NCBI GenBank assembly: GCA_035296965.1
Contig: DATGZX010000367.1
Location: forward strand, 1 to 58,923
From: Gemmataceae bacterium
GTDB lineage: Bacteria > Planctomycetota > Planctomycetia > Gemmatales > Gemmataceae
Direction of reading: 5' to 3'
DNA length: 58,923 nucleotides
Position numbers and translations under genes: made by a program. Each line of letters starts with the position of its first letter. Positions within the stretch are counted from its first letter, which is position 1. Positions 19,951 to 31,580 of the stretch are shown piece by piece. The notes beneath the pieces were generated by a model. It was given only the letters and a program-made list of their open reading frames with translations, was not told where the DNA came from and searched no databases.

Positions 19951-22900
19951 ATGCGGCACGGACGGTTCGAGTGGTATCTCCTCTCCTTTTTCCTCCTTTT
20001 CGGAGGGAGTTGGTCTGCTGCGCAATCACCCCGACCGCCAGTCCAGACGCCCGCGCGGACCGAGGAGGCCGACGACAAGAACAAGGCGGACGCCGAGGAA
20101 GAAAAGGAACGCGCCATCGCGGAACGCTTTCGGCGCGTGCTGGAAAGCAATCCGCGCCGCGGCACAGCCTTCGACCGTCTCTACGGCTATCACGTCGAAC
20201 GAGGCACACTCGATCATCTGGTGGGCGAATACACCGCCCGCACCAAGAAGGACGCCAAGGACGGAATCGCCTGGATGATCGTCGGCCTGCTCGAAAGCCA
20301 GCGCGGCCGCGATGCCGCCGCCGTCTCCGCCTTCAAGCAAGCCGAAGCCGATCTGACCGACAGCGCCATTCCCTCGTACTATCTGGGCCAATCGTTGATC
20401 CTTGTCGGCCAGCCGGAAGCGGCGGCGGAGGCCTTCGAGAGGGCCATCACGCGCAAACCCAACCGCAACGATCTGCTCGACGCCTTTCAGGCATTGGGAC
20501 GCGTCTATCAACGCTCCCAGCGGACCGAAAAAGCGCTCGAGGTGTGGGCCCGGCTGGAAAAGCTCTACCCCGATGATGCGCGCGTGCAGGAGCAGATCGC
20601 CACGACGTTGGTCGAAGAAGGACAGTTCGAGCAAGCGCTGCCCCGGCTCACCAAGCTCGCCGATCAGGCGGATGACAAGTACCGGCAAACGTCGCTACGC
20701 ATGGACGCGGCTGATTTGAAGGTAAAGCTCAAGAAGACGCCCGCGGCGCTGACGGACTTCGAGAAGCTTTTGAGTGAGTTGAATCCAGATAGCTGGCTGT
20801 ACCGCGATGTCCGCCGGCGCATCGAGGAAATCTTCCTGCGCAATGACGACCTTGCCGGGCTGGCCAAGTACTACGAGAAATGGCTTGAAAAGAACAAGAC
20901 CGACGTGGACGCCATCAGCCGGCTTGCCAAGACGCTGGCCTCGCAAGGACGTGCGCCCGAGGCGCGCGACTGGCTCAGCAAGGGTGTCGCCGTCGCGCCC
21001 AACAGCCGGGCCCTGCGCCAGGCTCTCATCGATCAGTACGTGTTCGAGCAAAACTTCACGGCCGCGGCCCAGCAATACGAGGCCATGGACAAGGCGGATC
21101 CTAACAATCCCGATACCCTGCGCGAGTGGGGCAAACTTATCATGCGCGACTCCGCCAGGCCCGAGGCGGAACGCCGGACCGCAGCCAGCGCCATCTGGCG
21201 GCGCCTGCTGGAGAAAAAGCCCAACGACCCGGTTGTCGCTTCCCAAACGGCGGATTTGCTGCGCACAGCCGGCGCCGTGGACGACGCCGTCGCGCTCTAC
21301 AAGAAAGCGATCGCGGTTGCGCCCAACGCTGCCCAGTATCGCGAGTACCTGGGCGAGTACTACCACAGCTTGAAGCGTAGTGAAGAAGCACTGGCTACCT
21401 GGCGGCCGATCGCCGAGGGCCCGAACCGCACATCCAAGAACCTGGCCCGGCTTGCCGAAGTCTTCGCCGGCTTCGGCTATCGCAGGGAAGCCGCCGCCGC
21501 CATGGCAGATGCAATCAGCCTGGAAAAGGACGACTTCGGCATGCTCATGACGTATGCCGAGCTGCTGCACCAGGAGGGCCAACATAACGAAGCCTTGAAG
21601 CAAATCGAGACCGCCAGCAAGCTGGCCAGCAATGTTGAGGAAACAGAGCAAATCCTCAGCGCGCAGATAAAGATCTGGCAGGCGACGGAAACCTTAGGCG
21701 CGCAGATCGATCAACTGCAGGCGGAACTCGACGCTAACCAGGAAGCGACCGCCGAGCGCTGGCTGCGCCTGGCCCGCTGTTACGAGGCCAATCGGCAAAT
21801 CGACAAAGCCAGCGAAGCGATCAGCAAAGCGCAGGCCAAGGATGCCAAGTCGGTGGCCGCGCTCATCGCCGCGGCGCGCATCTACGAATCGGTCGGCAAC
21901 CTTTTGGCCGCCGCGGAAACCAACCGCAAGCTGGCCGCCGGGGATCGCCGTTATCGGACGGAATACCTGACCACTGTCACCAAGCTGGAACAGCGGCTCG
22001 GCCGGCGCGAGCATGCCCTGCAAGCCGCTCGCGATCTCCTGGCGGCGTCGCCCGGCAATCCGGACGTCTACAAGTTCTTCGCCGATCTTTGCTTCCAGTT
22101 CGGGGACCAGGAGGAAGGACTGGAAGCCTTGCGCCGCTCGGTTCGCGCCAACCCGTCCGAACCCCAGGGGCTCATCACTCTGGCCAATGCGCTGGGCGAA
22201 CGCATGCGGCAGGGAGAGGCCGTCGAGCTGCTCTGGCGCGCCCTGGAAAAGACCCCGGAACTGGACGCCAAGCTCGGCGTCGTCGAGCGAATTACGCAGC
22301 TTTACCTGGAGAACAACCAGTTCGATCGGCTGCTGGAGCGGCTGGAGCGCGAACGTCGCGAGGCGGAGAAGGCGCGCGAGGCCACGCTTTGCATCGCTCA
22401 GGCATATACGACTGCCGGCGACCTCGGGGCCGCTCGGCAGCAGCTCGAACACATGCTCACCGAAAATACGCGCGACACGCACTTGCTCGCCCAGCTCTCG
22501 TCGCTTTGCGAGCAAGAGGGCGACTTGCCGGCCGCGGTCAAGTATCAGCGTCAGCTCAATGCCGCCGCGCCCAGCAACTATGACCATCAACTGCGGCTGG
22601 CACAGTTACTGACTCGGACCGGCGAGCCGGACGAGGCCGCGGACATCTGGGTGCGGCTCGTCAGCAAGGATACGGAAACGCACCGCAACCTTTCGGCAAT
22701 CGACAGCCTGCTCACGGCCGGTAAATTGGAAGGAGCGCTCGCCATCATTTCCCGGCTGCTGCTGCAAAAGCCAGGCAACTGGGAACTGCTTTACCGCGAA
22801 GGCGCCGCCCTGGCAGCTCTGGAAAGAAGAGAGGAGGCCAGCGCGCGCTTCCGCGCGATCATGGCCCTGAAGCTGCCCGACGACGAGCTCGGCGAGATCA

Positions 22901-25900
22901 CCAAGCACCAGATCGAACTATCCAAGAAAAAGACGACAAAACCGACGCAGCAACAAGGGCAGCTGCCTCCGAGCCGGCCGGGCGTCATGGCCAACCCTTT
23001 CGACGAATGGGCCAATCCCCCTCTCACGCGACGCGTCGGCAAGATTTGGAACGTCCGCCGGGCCACTGGGATGGATCCGCAGTACTACAACTACAATCAA
23101 GGCGGCGGCACCCAACCCATTTACGTCCCTGCGGACTATGGCGAGGCGCGCATGGCCTGCCTGGGTTGGCTCTATGAAGAAGCGCGGGCGAAGGGAACGG
23201 CCGATGGATTCATCAAGCAATTGCGCACGGCCAAGGAGAAACCTGGCGCGAATCGAGAATCGCTATGGGAGTGGTATTACTTCAATTTGCTCCGGTACGA
23301 AGGCAAGCAGGTATTCCCGGCGGCCCTGGTACTTGCCAAGAGAAACGACCCTGCCGGGATGTTGGCTCTGGTCAACGCGGTGGGGTCGCGGACCAATACG
23401 AACTTGGTGCGCCGTCGATCGCCCCGTGGCGGCAAAGATTTGACGCCCGCCCTGCCGTCCGACCAACTCGAGCAGCTGCTCTCGGCTTATCGCGGCTTGA
23501 CACAGCTCAAGCCTGAATGGGCGCCCAGCGCCGTGCAAACCGTGATCACCGAGTTGAAACGGGCTGGCCGAGAGAGCGACGAGAAGGCCCTCTACCAGCA
23601 GATGCTCAAGGAAGCAAACGTAATCACCAAGGTGCAAGCCGCCTTGAGCGTGGCTGCCGAGCGCGACGACCTCGAGGCCTCCTTCGAGTTATTAAACAGA
23701 CTCGAAAAGCTCCAACCTCCCGCAAAGACGACCGCCATGCTGGCGCAACTGCCGACGCGCCAGGCAGCGTGGCCATTGACAACGCTCATGGGCAAACGCG
23801 CGGATGAAAAGCATTTCGACGATGTACGCAAAGTACTCGATTTCTACCTCTCCGTCACGCGCCGGCAAAACCTGACAGCGGTACGGTCAGCTTCGACCAG
23901 CCGCCGGCCGCAAAACGGCGGCTTCTCGGTCAGCACGTACTCGCGCAATCAAAGCTACAACAACACGCAGATTGCTTACCCCTCCCCGAACGAGTACTAC
24001 GACGCCGGGACCCTGTCATTTCTGTACAACGGATACGATTTGCACAAAAGGGCGGACCTTGCTTCCGATCTCTTCGCGCATTTGGAGAAACGCCGCGACG
24101 CGGCGCGTGGCGCGGAGCGCATCTACTTGCACCTCGCGCTCGGCTATTGTCATTGGTGGGCCGGCGAGAAGGATGAGGCGATTGCCGAGCTGAGCCAGGC
24201 CGTACAAGCCGCGCCCAATGACCAGATTCTAATCCTGGAGGTGGCTGCTCTGCACGAGTTGAACAACGATTTTCAAGCGGCCATGGCCTTGCTCGACTCC
24301 TTCACCCCCATGGAAATGCAGGTCATGCAGCAGCGCGAGGAGGCTGCCCTGCGCTTGGCCGAGCGGACCGGCGGCGTGGAGCGAGCCCGGCAAGCTGCAG
24401 ACCGTCTCTTCGGCCTACGGCTCGACTCCGACAAGCAACTGGAGCTGGCAGGCAATATGCACCGGCTCGGCATGCATCAGTTGGCCGAGATGGTTTTGGG
24501 TCGGGCCCAAAGGCAGGCGGGCAGCAAAACGGGCACGTTGGTCCGGCTCATGACGCAATATCAGAGCCAGAACCAGATCGACCTGGCCGTGCAGATCGCT
24601 CGCCAAATCCTGCGCAAAGGGCCCTCCATCCAGACCAACTTCCGCGGCGGGTACAACGAAAACGAAAATGCACGCCAGCAAGCCATCAGCGTTCTGGCAC
24701 GCTCCGGACAACTCAAGGAAATCATCGAACGAGCGGAAGCTCAGCTCAAGGCGTCGCCCAGGTCTTTGCAGATTTATCAAGCCCTGGTCGGCTACTACCA
24801 GGCCGCTTCCGAGAAGAAGAAGCTGAAAGACGCCTTGCTCAAGATGGCCGACCTGAAGCCAAAAGACGGTAAGCTTCGCATGCAGGCCGCCCAGCAACTT
24901 CAGCAGATGGGCGAGCGCGACGCGGCCATGCAGCAATACAAGCTGGCCATCAAGCTCGAACCGGTGCTCTTCAGCAACAGCTACTGGCAAATCCAAAACC
25001 TCTTCACCCAGGCCAACAAGTTCGAAGAACTCGTTCAGTTGTTCGATGAAATCGACCTCCACAAGGTGGGCAATTACTGGGCGGTAACCGAGCCCATCGC
25101 CACGCTCTTGCAGCAGGACAAAGGCAGAGAACTGGGCCTGAAGCTGTTCCGCAAGGCCTGGGAGGCGTTCCCGCAGTATCGCAGTTACATCCTCGGCAAC
25201 CTTTACAATGAGGAGATTTGGCGGCTGCCGGAGATCTACACGTTCGCCAAGGAAGCCGTCATCCCACGCCAAGATTCGGAAGCGGATCCCTGGCAAGCGG
25301 TCACCGAAATCTCCAACTACGGGCAAGAGGGCCGCGTGGAGAGCATTGTCACGCGGATGCTGTCCATTGCCCGCAAGCAGCAGCGGCTGCCTGAACTGCG
25401 TGGCCAAGTGCAGGCTGCGCTCGCCAAGCGGCCGGACTGGATCGGCGGCAAGGCTCTGCTTGCCGTTATCGATGTTCAGCTGGGCAACAAGGAACAGGCC
25501 AAGAAAGCCTGGCGGGAGGTGTTCGATGATCCCAAGGCGGACGTTCCCGTCTTGGCTCGATTCATCCTCAGTCAGGAGCTCGAGTTCTACTCCGGGGTCG
25601 AAGATCTGGCGATCAAGACCCTCGAAGACGGCATCGATGAGCTGATTCGTGATCCAAATTACCAATACAGTTACTCCCCTGCGCATCGGCTCGTCTGGTG
25701 GTACGAACAGATGGGACGCAAGGAAGACGCGAAGAAGCTCACGCTGCGGTTTTGCAGTGACGAGGTAACCAACCCTGGCTATGGCGGCGGCTGGTGGGAG
25801 TATCAACGTGCGCAAACTCGCGTGAGCGTCGCTCAGGAATTGGTCCGCTCCGGAGACTGTGTCGAGGCGGTTCGGGTTTACAATAGCTTGCTCGCCGATC

Positions 25901-28900
25901 CCGATCTGCTCGACGCGGCGAACCAAGTCAGTGGTGGCGAGCGCTTCGATGTGCAGGTCGAACAAGGGCTAAAAGCTGCCGTCAAAGCATTGAAACCCAG
26001 CGCCTTGCCGGCGGCGGTCAGCGCTCTCTTGACACCGCTCGAGACCAAATCCACGGATAAGCCCGCGCTTGACATGGTGCTGATTGTCGACTCTCGCGAC
26101 ATCAGCAAGGCAACGCTGAATAGCTTGCTTGCCGCGGCCATCAAATCGACGGCCAAAGTTCCCGAGGTTCGACACAGCGCCCTGGCCAAGCTTGCCGAGC
26201 TGACCAAGAAGCATCCCACCGATCATGGAGTCCAGGTTGCGAACGCGCTGGTGGCAATGGCGGACGGTAAACCCAAAGAGATTCAGGACGCGATCGAGCG
26301 GTTGGTCAAGCTAATGGATGCCACGCAGTTGGAGAAATTGCCGGCCAACGGAAAGCTCAACGCGCGCCATCGGGCCGCGGCCCAGCTGCAAGTGCCGCTT
26401 TGGCTCGCCGCCCGGGAATGCCTCGACAAGGATCGGCCGCAGCTCTGGCCCGCAGGCGAGAAACTGGCCGCACGTGCTGCCGAGGCCGCCAAACGTCAAC
26501 AAGATGCACTGGTCACGGTCGCTGTTTTCCATGAATGGGGCCAACTGGAGTTGGACAAGGGCGATAAAGCGAAAGCCCAAGCCATCTGGGCGGAGCTGAT
26601 GGAATGGACTCTGCCCAAGCAGCCGGCAGCCAAGGCGGCGGCAGGACCGAAGCCAGCGACATCGGTCCCAGCCACTCCGGCGGCACCTGCACTTGTGCCC
26701 TCTCCCAAGTCGCCCCTGGCATTACGCGGCGTGGCCGCGGCCCTTCTTGTCCTCGTGCAAGCCCCCGTGCCGCCTGCGGGAGCGCCTAACCCGCAACCTG
26801 CACGCACACCGTCACGCTCCAGCGCTCCGGCCCCCACGGAAGACGAATTCAAGCGATCCTATGAGATCGCTCAGTTGGCCATCGACAAGCAAATGCCGGA
26901 CCTGTCATTGCGTACGATGCAGGCGGCGGTACGTGGCGGTCCGCCTATCGCGGTGACGGAGAATCGGAATTTTGGCGGCATGTATCGATCGCGCATGATT
27001 AACGGGACGCAATACCTTGTCAGCGGAGGCAATTCGCGACGTGTCACGGTTGACCAGGCTCTACTGGCTCTGATCCCCAAATGGCGTGCCCAGAGTGTGG
27101 CCGCCGCGAGAATCTATGAGCTGCTCGTGGCCGCTGTCTTGCCGGACGCGCGCCCGGCGGAGGTCTTTCTTTATCCTCCTTTACAAAACTTCGGCCAGGT
27201 CTATACGCTCGTCGGAGGAATGTGGACGCCCGCACAGGGAATCATCGACGACGTGGAAGATCGCGGGCTCGGCCAAGCGTTGATCCAGGCAGCTCTCGAG
27301 GCCGGCAAGACGGGCGACCTTCGCCAGCGGCTCGAAACGCGCGCCAAGCAGCCGCTGGGTGAGCTGCCCGCCAAAATCATGCTGGCCATGCTCGGCATGC
27401 GGGCCAAGGACCAGGCTCTCGCCACGTTGACCTTTCGCTCCCTGGGTGATCGGCTCAAGAAGGATTCATCGCAAACCACCAACGCCACCATCGCCGCCGT
27501 TCTCGTTGTCGCTTTGAACGATCCCAAGTATGCCGAGTTGGTCGTTCCGTTCATCGACAAGACAGCACAGAACTACCTGACCGCCGGCAATGCGCAAGCT
27601 GCGGCCGAAGTTCGTTTCCGGTTGGCGGAATACTATGTGCACCGCCAAGACGAAGCGGCCGCCAGAGCCCAGTTCAAGTTGGTGGAAAGCTCCGACAAAA
27701 AGGCCGGGGCAGGCAACTTTGACATGCATCAGACCGTGGCTAGAGAATTCCTGAAGCTCGGCTGGGTGGAAGATGCTCTGCGCGAGTTTGGCTATCAAGC
27801 TGACAATCCGAACGATTCGGCCACCAATACCAACAATGAGAATATGGCAGGTCAGCCGCGCATGGAACCAATGCTGCCGGGTAGTTTTGAACGCCTGGCG
27901 GTTCTGCTGCTGCAGATGCCAGCCGCCAAGCGCTATGAGGTGCTCAAGACGTGGACCCTACCGACCAAGAGCCGCAAGTCGATCCGCTACTACGTGGGCG
28001 CGTCGCCAAAAGAGATTCCCCCGGAGATCTTTGGCAAGCCTCCTTCGTTCCCTGCACATCGCAGCTTGAGCACCATGCTGATTCTGGCAGATGCAGCCAA
28101 GGAGGCTGGGAAAGGTGAGGAGTTGATTGCCGAAGTAGAGCGCCTGGCCAATGACAAGGTGGAAAACGCCGAGACGTTCAAGGTACTCGTCTATCTTGCC
28201 CAGGGAAAAGGGAAGGACATTGAGCCGGCGGTGAAAGCTTTCGCCGAATCGGCACACAAGCGCCTCACGGAAAAACGCGAACAGCCGCTGGGCTTCAACC
28301 GGTACTACTATAACGGCGGCGATAATCAGCAGCCCGCGCCACCATACCCGAGTGAGTTTATTTTCGCAGCGCTATGCCACAACGATCCCGCCCTGGCTGC
28401 ATCGGGTGAAGACGTACTGTCGGCAATGCTCGGCAGCCGCTGGGCGGGCAACGATCCCGACCTGAACGCCCGGGTCCAGCACACGCGCGATCAATGGGAT
28501 GCCAAGCGCGCGGGCGCTCCGGACGTGTTTGCCGGCGCCTTGCCGCCTCTCTGGCACGCCAGCACTCCCGATTCGAGCTGGATCGCTCACGACGGTTATC
28601 TCGCGCAAATGCCGGGAGATCAGGCTTCTTCCCTACTGGTCGATTATCCGTTCACTGGAACGTTTGAGTTTTCCGTCGACGTTAGTCCGATGGGCGGCGC
28701 CGCGGGATACGGCGGCATCACGTTCACGCCCTCTTCAATGCAGGTTGCCTCCACGGTGCCGGGTGATACGATCCAGCAGCAAATCCCGACCAATCAGCAA
28801 GGCGACTTTGCTCGTCTTACTGTCCAGGTCTCTCCGCAGAAGATTCGCTGCCTCGTCAACGGCGTGCTTTTCTACGAGGACATCAATCCGGCTCCGACAA

Positions 28901-31566
28901 GCCCCTGGCTGACCTTGGGAAGCGCGCCGGCCAATGGTTCTACATTCCAACGGTCAGTCTATCGGAACTTCCATTTGTCCGGCAAAGCTGAGGTTCCTGG
29001 TGAGGTCAAGCTTGCCGCGGGCGACTATCTCGAAGGCTGGCGGAGCCAGGTTTACAATTCGACCCTTCCCCAGCGGCTCATCGCGCGTCAAAAGGCAGAG
29101 GGCGGACCGGCCAACTACGATCAATGGGGCAGGCGCTTTTACAACAGCAACGAGGATCAGCCGGAGGCGGGCGATCCTGTTTACGACTGGTTGTCCAAGG
29201 ACGGCGAGATCCTCGGCCGGAAGCTCGATTGGCCGGGCGAAAAGCCTTCTCCCAGTTGCCTGGCCTATTCTCGCCCTTTACGGCCGGGGGAGACGTTGCG
29301 CTATGAGTTTTACTATGAGCCTGGCAAGACGCATGTTCACCCCAGCCTGGGCCGAGTCGCCTTTATTCTCGAACCGGAAGGCCTCAAGCTGCACTGGATG
29401 ACCCAAGGGGAAGATTGGACCGGGCTGAAATCCGACAACGCGATCCCCAATCGGAGCAGCCCAACCGCGGACAAGCTGCCGCTCAAGCCAGGCGCGTGGA
29501 ACAAGGTTGCCCTGGCCGTCACCAAAGACGGCGCGCGTATCGAGCTGAACGGTGTCGCCGTGTTTGACTCGAAGCTAGACCCGCACGTCGAACGCGTTTT
29601 CGGCCTGTTTCACTATCGCGACCGGGCCGCTGCTCGCGTGCGCAACGTTCTGCTGACGGGGAACTGGCCCAAGACCCTGCAGCCGTCCCGCGAAGTTTCC
29701 TTTGCTACCAAGCCTGCCGCGCCGGCAGAAGTCAAAGTGCTTCGCTCCCTCATCGGTGAAAAACAGTTCGCCTCCGAGTCGGCCGACCTGGTCGAGTGCG
29801 CCAACAAACTGCCCGCCGGCGAACGGTATGCACTGCTGGCCGACTGGGTGTTGCCCAGCGAGCGTCGGCCGACCTATCAGCTTGCCGGCGTGATCAAGCC
29901 GCTCGACGTTCTCGGCGTGGTCGACCAACCGCAACAACCGCCCGGCCGGCGCATTTTCTTGGGCGGACACATGATCCTTCCCTGTCTCGAAATGATTGCG
30001 GCAGCCAGCGAAGCGGGCAAGCTGGACGATTTGTGCGCGCGGCTTGGGAAAGCAGCTTTCGGCTCTGAAGACGAGCTGGATAGGCGCGCACGCCTTGCTC
30101 TGCGGGCAGCCGCGCTCGCCACGAAGGGCGACGACGGCGCCGCTGCCGCTGACCTCGACGACTTGCTTCCCCATGTGACCCGCATGAAGGTTGACGCCCT
30201 GGGGCGTGAGCGTTGGCCCGTCCTGGTGGCGGCATGGGGCTCCCTGGAGCGTCCCGCGCTGCTGGCCAAAGTTGCGCCTCTTGTGGAAGCTATGAACAAG
30301 AACCTGGAGGAAGCCATTATCCAGGAGAAAGTCTTCGACGAACGCGAATGGTGGATGCTCGTGTTCCGCGATGTGCTGGCCAACCTGGAACTCAAACGCT
30401 TGCCGGACGGCAGTCGTTGGACGACGGCGGATAGTCGATTTGTGCATTGGGCGCCGGCACCTGGCGCCGACATAAGCGTTCGATCTTCCGGAGGGGGTGT
30501 TGCTCGCTGGGTGCTTCGCGATGGCGTGCTGGTGCATTTGCCCGGCTGCGATCAGGACTGCCTGATCTTGGACGCACCTCTGCGGGGCAATTTCGAAGTC
30601 ACCTGCGACCTGACGACGCAGCGTTGGCATGATATACACGTGCGTTACGGTTCACGTCAGTTTGACCTGCAGCCGGATCGGAAACACTACAAACTGATCG
30701 CCAGCATGCGTGGCGACGCGCGCGAAAGCTCCATCATCCCGCCACTGCCCGCCGCCAAGGGAGACGCCTATCAGTTTCGCATTGCAGTGAAGGACGGCTG
30801 GTTCCGAGCCTACGTGGATGGCAGGGAGCTGGCAGCGGAAAGGATTGGGTCCAACCCGGAGCCGTGGCTCATGCTGCATGGTTCGTCACTCAATGTGGGC
30901 GAGATGCGCAATTTCAAGATCACCGGGAAGCCGTCGGTTCCCGACCATATCGATTTGCTCGCCGACGCCGAGCTGGGGATGTGGTTGCCGAGCCAGGGCC
31001 AGCCGTGGACCAAGCGTGGCGAGGAAATGTACAGTCAAGGCCAGAGACCCGAGCCGCCCGAAGAAGGAAAGCCCGTTCCGCCACGCGGCTTTCCCGAGGC
31101 CGCGGCTTTTTACCAACGCCCCATGCTGGAAGACGGCGCCATCGAGTATGAGTTCTATTATGAGCCGGAAAAGGCGCACGTACACCCCGCTCTCGATCGC
31201 TTGACCTTCCTCCTGGAGCCCGAAGGCGTCAAGCTTCATTGGCTCACGGATGGAGGGCTCGAGAAGAGCAAGACGCCAATCGATAACACCGTCGATGAGC
31301 CATCGTCTCGGCGCGGCCCAGCACGGCCGCCGCTCAAACCAAAAGCCTGGAACACGGTTCGTATGGTGGTTGCGGGAGATGTCGTCAAAGTGTCGTTGAA
31401 CGGTGTGGATATTTACGAGCGCCCCATCGAGTCGACCAATCAACGCCTTTTCGGCTTGTTCCACTACACGGATCGCACCGAGGCGCGCGTGCGCAACATG
31501 ATCTACAAGGGCGCCTGGCCGAAGAAAATCCCGACCGAAGCTGAGCTGTTCGAACTAAAGAAGTAA
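19951..31566 (+). CDS. Giant (~3870 aa) secreted or membrane-anchored TPR-repeat protein with an internally duplicated C-terminal beta-sandwich module
   Basis: One uninterrupted ORF. It has a signal peptide or anchor (MRHGRFEWYLLSFFLLFGGSWSAAQS). The first ~1000 aa contain dozens of TPR-like helical repeats. There is a Pro/Ala-rich linker around 26.6-26.85 kb. Two copies of a ~380-aa module lie at about 28.56-29.70 kb and 30.42-31.56 kb. Each has a ConA/LamG-like segment followed by the conserved blocks YEFYYEPxKxHVHPxLxRxxFxLEPEGxKLHWxT and RxFGLFHYxDRxxARVRN. Confidence 0.8.
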   Translation: MRHGRFEWYLLSFFLLFGGSWSAAQSPRPPVQTPARTEEADDKNKADAEEEKERAIAERFRRVLESNPRRGTAFDRLYGYHVERGTLDHLVGEYTARTKKDAKDGIAWMIVGLLESQRGRDAAAVSAFKQAEADLTDSAIPSYYLGQSLILVGQPEAAAEAFERAITRKPNRNDLLDAFQALGRVYQRSQRTEKALEVWARLEKLYPDDARVQEQIATTLVEEGQFEQALPRLTKLADQADDKYRQTSLRMDAADLKVKLKKTPAALTDFEKLLSELNPDSWLYRDVRRRIEEIFLRNDDLAGLAKYYEKWLEKNKTDVDAISRLAKTLASQGRAPEARDWLSKGVAVAPNSRALRQALIDQYVFEQNFTAAAQQYEAMDKADPNNPDTLREWGKLIMRDSARPEAERRTAASAIWRRLLEKKPNDPVVASQTADLLRTAGAVDDAVALYKKAIAVAPNAAQYREYLGEYYHSLKRSEEALATWRPIAEGPNRTSKNLARLAEVFAGFGYRREAAAAMADAISLEKDDFGMLMTYAELLHQEGQHNEALKQIETASKLASNVEETEQILSAQIKIWQATETLGAQIDQLQAELDANQEATAERWLRLARCYEANRQIDKASEAISKAQAKDAKSVAALIAAARIYESVGNLLAAAETNRKLAAGDRRYRTEYLTTVTKLEQRLGRREHALQAARDLLAASPGNPDVYKFFADLCFQFGDQEEGLEALRRSVRANPSEPQGLITLANALGERMRQGEAVELLWRALEKTPELDAKLGVVERITQLYLENNQFDRLLERLERERREAEKAREATLCIAQAYTTAGDLGAARQQLEHMLTENTRDTHLLAQLSSLCEQEGDLPAAVKYQRQLNAAAPSNYDHQLRLAQLLTRTGEPDEAADIWVRLVSKDTETHRNLSAIDSLLTAGKLEGALAIISRLLLQKPGNWELLYREGAALAALERREEASARFRAIMALKLPDDELGEITKHQIELSKKKTTKPTQQQGQLPPSRPGVMANPFDEWANPPLTRRVGKIWNVRRATGMDPQYYNYNQGGGTQPIYVPADYGEARMACLGWLYEEARAKGTADGFIKQLRTAKEKPGANRESLWEWYYFNLLRYEGKQVFPAALVLAKRNDPAGMLALVNAVGSRTNTNLVRRRSPRGGKDLTPALPSDQLEQLLSAYRGLTQLKPEWAPSAVQTVITELKRAGRESDEKALYQQMLKEANVITKVQAALSVAAERDDLEASFELLNRLEKLQPPAKTTAMLAQLPTRQAAWPLTTLMGKRADEKHFDDVRKVLDFYLSVTRRQNLTAVRSASTSRRPQNGGFSVSTYSRNQSYNNTQIAYPSPNEYYDAGTLSFLYNGYDLHKRADLASDLFAHLEKRRDAARGAERIYLHLALGYCHWWAGEKDEAIAELSQAVQAAPNDQILILEVAALHELNNDFQAAMALLDSFTPMEMQVMQQREEAALRLAERTGGVERARQAADRLFGLRLDSDKQLELAGNMHRLGMHQLAEMVLGRAQRQAGSKTGTLVRLMTQYQSQNQIDLAVQIARQILRKGPSIQTNFRGGYNENENARQQAISVLARSGQLKEIIERAEAQLKASPRSLQIYQALVGYYQAASEKKKLKDALLKMADLKPKDGKLRMQAAQQLQQMGERDAAMQQYKLAIKLEPVLFSNSYWQIQNLFTQANKFEELVQLFDEIDLHKVGNYWAVTEPIATLLQQDKGRELGLKLFRKAWEAFPQYRSYILGNLYNEEIWRLPEIYTFAKEAVIPRQDSEADPWQAVTEISNYGQEGRVESIVTRMLSIARKQQRLPELRGQVQAALAKRPDWIGGKALLAVIDVQLGNKEQAKKAWREVFDDPKADVPVLARFILSQELEFYSGVEDLAIKTLEDGIDELIRDPNYQYSYSPAHRLVWWYEQMGRKEDAKKLTLRFCSDEVTNPGYGGGWWEYQRAQTRVSVAQELVRSGDCVEAVRVYNSLLADPDLLDAANQVSGGERFDVQVEQGLKAAVKALKPSALPAAVSALLTPLETKSTDKPALDMVLIVDSRDISKATLNSLLAAAIKSTAKVPEVRHSALAKLAELTKKHPTDHGVQVANALVAMADGKPKEIQDAIERLVKLMDATQLEKLPANGKLNARHRAAAQLQVPLWLAARECLDKDRPQLWPAGEKLAARAAEAAKRQQDALVTVAVFHEWGQLELDKGDKAKAQAIWAELMEWTLPKQPAAKAAAGPKPATSVPATPAAPALVPSPKSPLALRGVAAALLVLVQAPVPPAGAPNPQPARTPSRSSAPAPTEDEFKRSYEIAQLAIDKQMPDLSLRTMQAAVRGGPPIAVTENRNFGGMYRSRMINGTQYLVSGGNSRRVTVDQALLALIPKWRAQSVAAARIYELLVAAVLPDARPAEVFLYPPLQNFGQVYTLVGGMWTPAQGIIDDVEDRGLGQALIQAALEAGKTGDLRQRLETRAKQPLGELPAKIMLAMLGMRAKDQALATLTFRSLGDRLKKDSSQTTNATIAAVLVVALNDPKYAELVVPFIDKTAQNYLTAGNAQAAAEVRFRLAEYYVHRQDEAAARAQFKLVESSDKKAGAGNFDMHQTVAREFLKLGWVEDALREFGYQADNPNDSATNTNNENMAGQPRMEPMLPGSFERLAVLLLQMPAAKRYEVLKTWTLPTKSRKSIRYYVGASPKEIPPEIFGKPPSFPAHRSLSTMLILADAAKEAGKGEELIAEVERLANDKVENAETFKVLVYLAQGKGKDIEPAVKAFAESAHKRLTEKREQPLGFNRYYYNGGDNQQPAPPYPSEFIFAALCHNDPALAASGEDVLSAMLGSRWAGNDPDLNARVQHTRDQWDAKRAGAPDVFAGALPPLWHASTPDSSWIAHDGYLAQMPGDQASSLLVDYPFTGTFEFSVDVSPMGGAAGYGGITFTPSSMQVASTVPGDTIQQQIPTNQQGDFARLTVQVSPQKIRCLVNGVLFYEDINPAPTSPWLTLGSAPANGSTFQRSVYRNFHLSGKAEVPGEVKLAAGDYLEGWRSQVYNSTLPQRLIARQKAEGGPANYDQWGRRFYNSNEDQPEAGDPVYDWLSKDGEILGRKLDWPGEKPSPSCLAYSRPLRPGETLRYEFYYEPGKTHVHPSLGRVAFILEPEGLKLHWMTQGEDWTGLKSDNAIPNRSSPTADKLPLKPGAWNKVALAVTKDGARIELNGVAVFDSKLDPHVERVFGLFHYRDRAAARVRNVLLTGNWPKTLQPSREVSFATKPAAPAEVKVLRSLIGEKQFASESADLVECANKLPAGERYALLADWVLPSERRPTYQLAGVIKPLDVLGVVDQPQQPPGRRIFLGGHMILPCLEMIAAASEAGKLDDLCARLGKAAFGSEDELDRRARLALRAAALATKGDDGAAAADLDDLLPHVTRMKVDALGRERWPVLVAAWGSLERPALLAKVAPLVEAMNKNLEEAIIQEKVFDEREWWMLVFRDVLANLELKRLPDGSRWTTADSRFVHWAPAPGADISVRSSGGGVARWVLRDGVLVHLPGCDQDCLILDAPLRGNFEVTCDLTTQRWHDIHVRYGSRQFDLQPDRKHYKLIASMRGDARESSIIPPLPAAKGDAYQFRIAVKDGWFRAYVDGRELAAERIGSNPEPWLMLHGSSLNVGEMRNFKITGKPSVPDHIDLLADAELGMWLPSQGQPWTKRGEEMYSQGQRPEPPEEGKPVPPRGFPEAAAFYQRPMLEDGAIEYEFYYEPEKAHVHPALDRLTFLLEPEGVKLHWLTDGGLEKSKTPIDNTVDEPSSRRGPARPPLKPKAWNTVRMVVAGDVVKVSLNGVDIYERPIESTNQRLFGLFHYTDRTEARVRNMIYKGAWPKKIPTEAELFELKK

Positions 31567-31580
31567 CAGGAGACTCACCC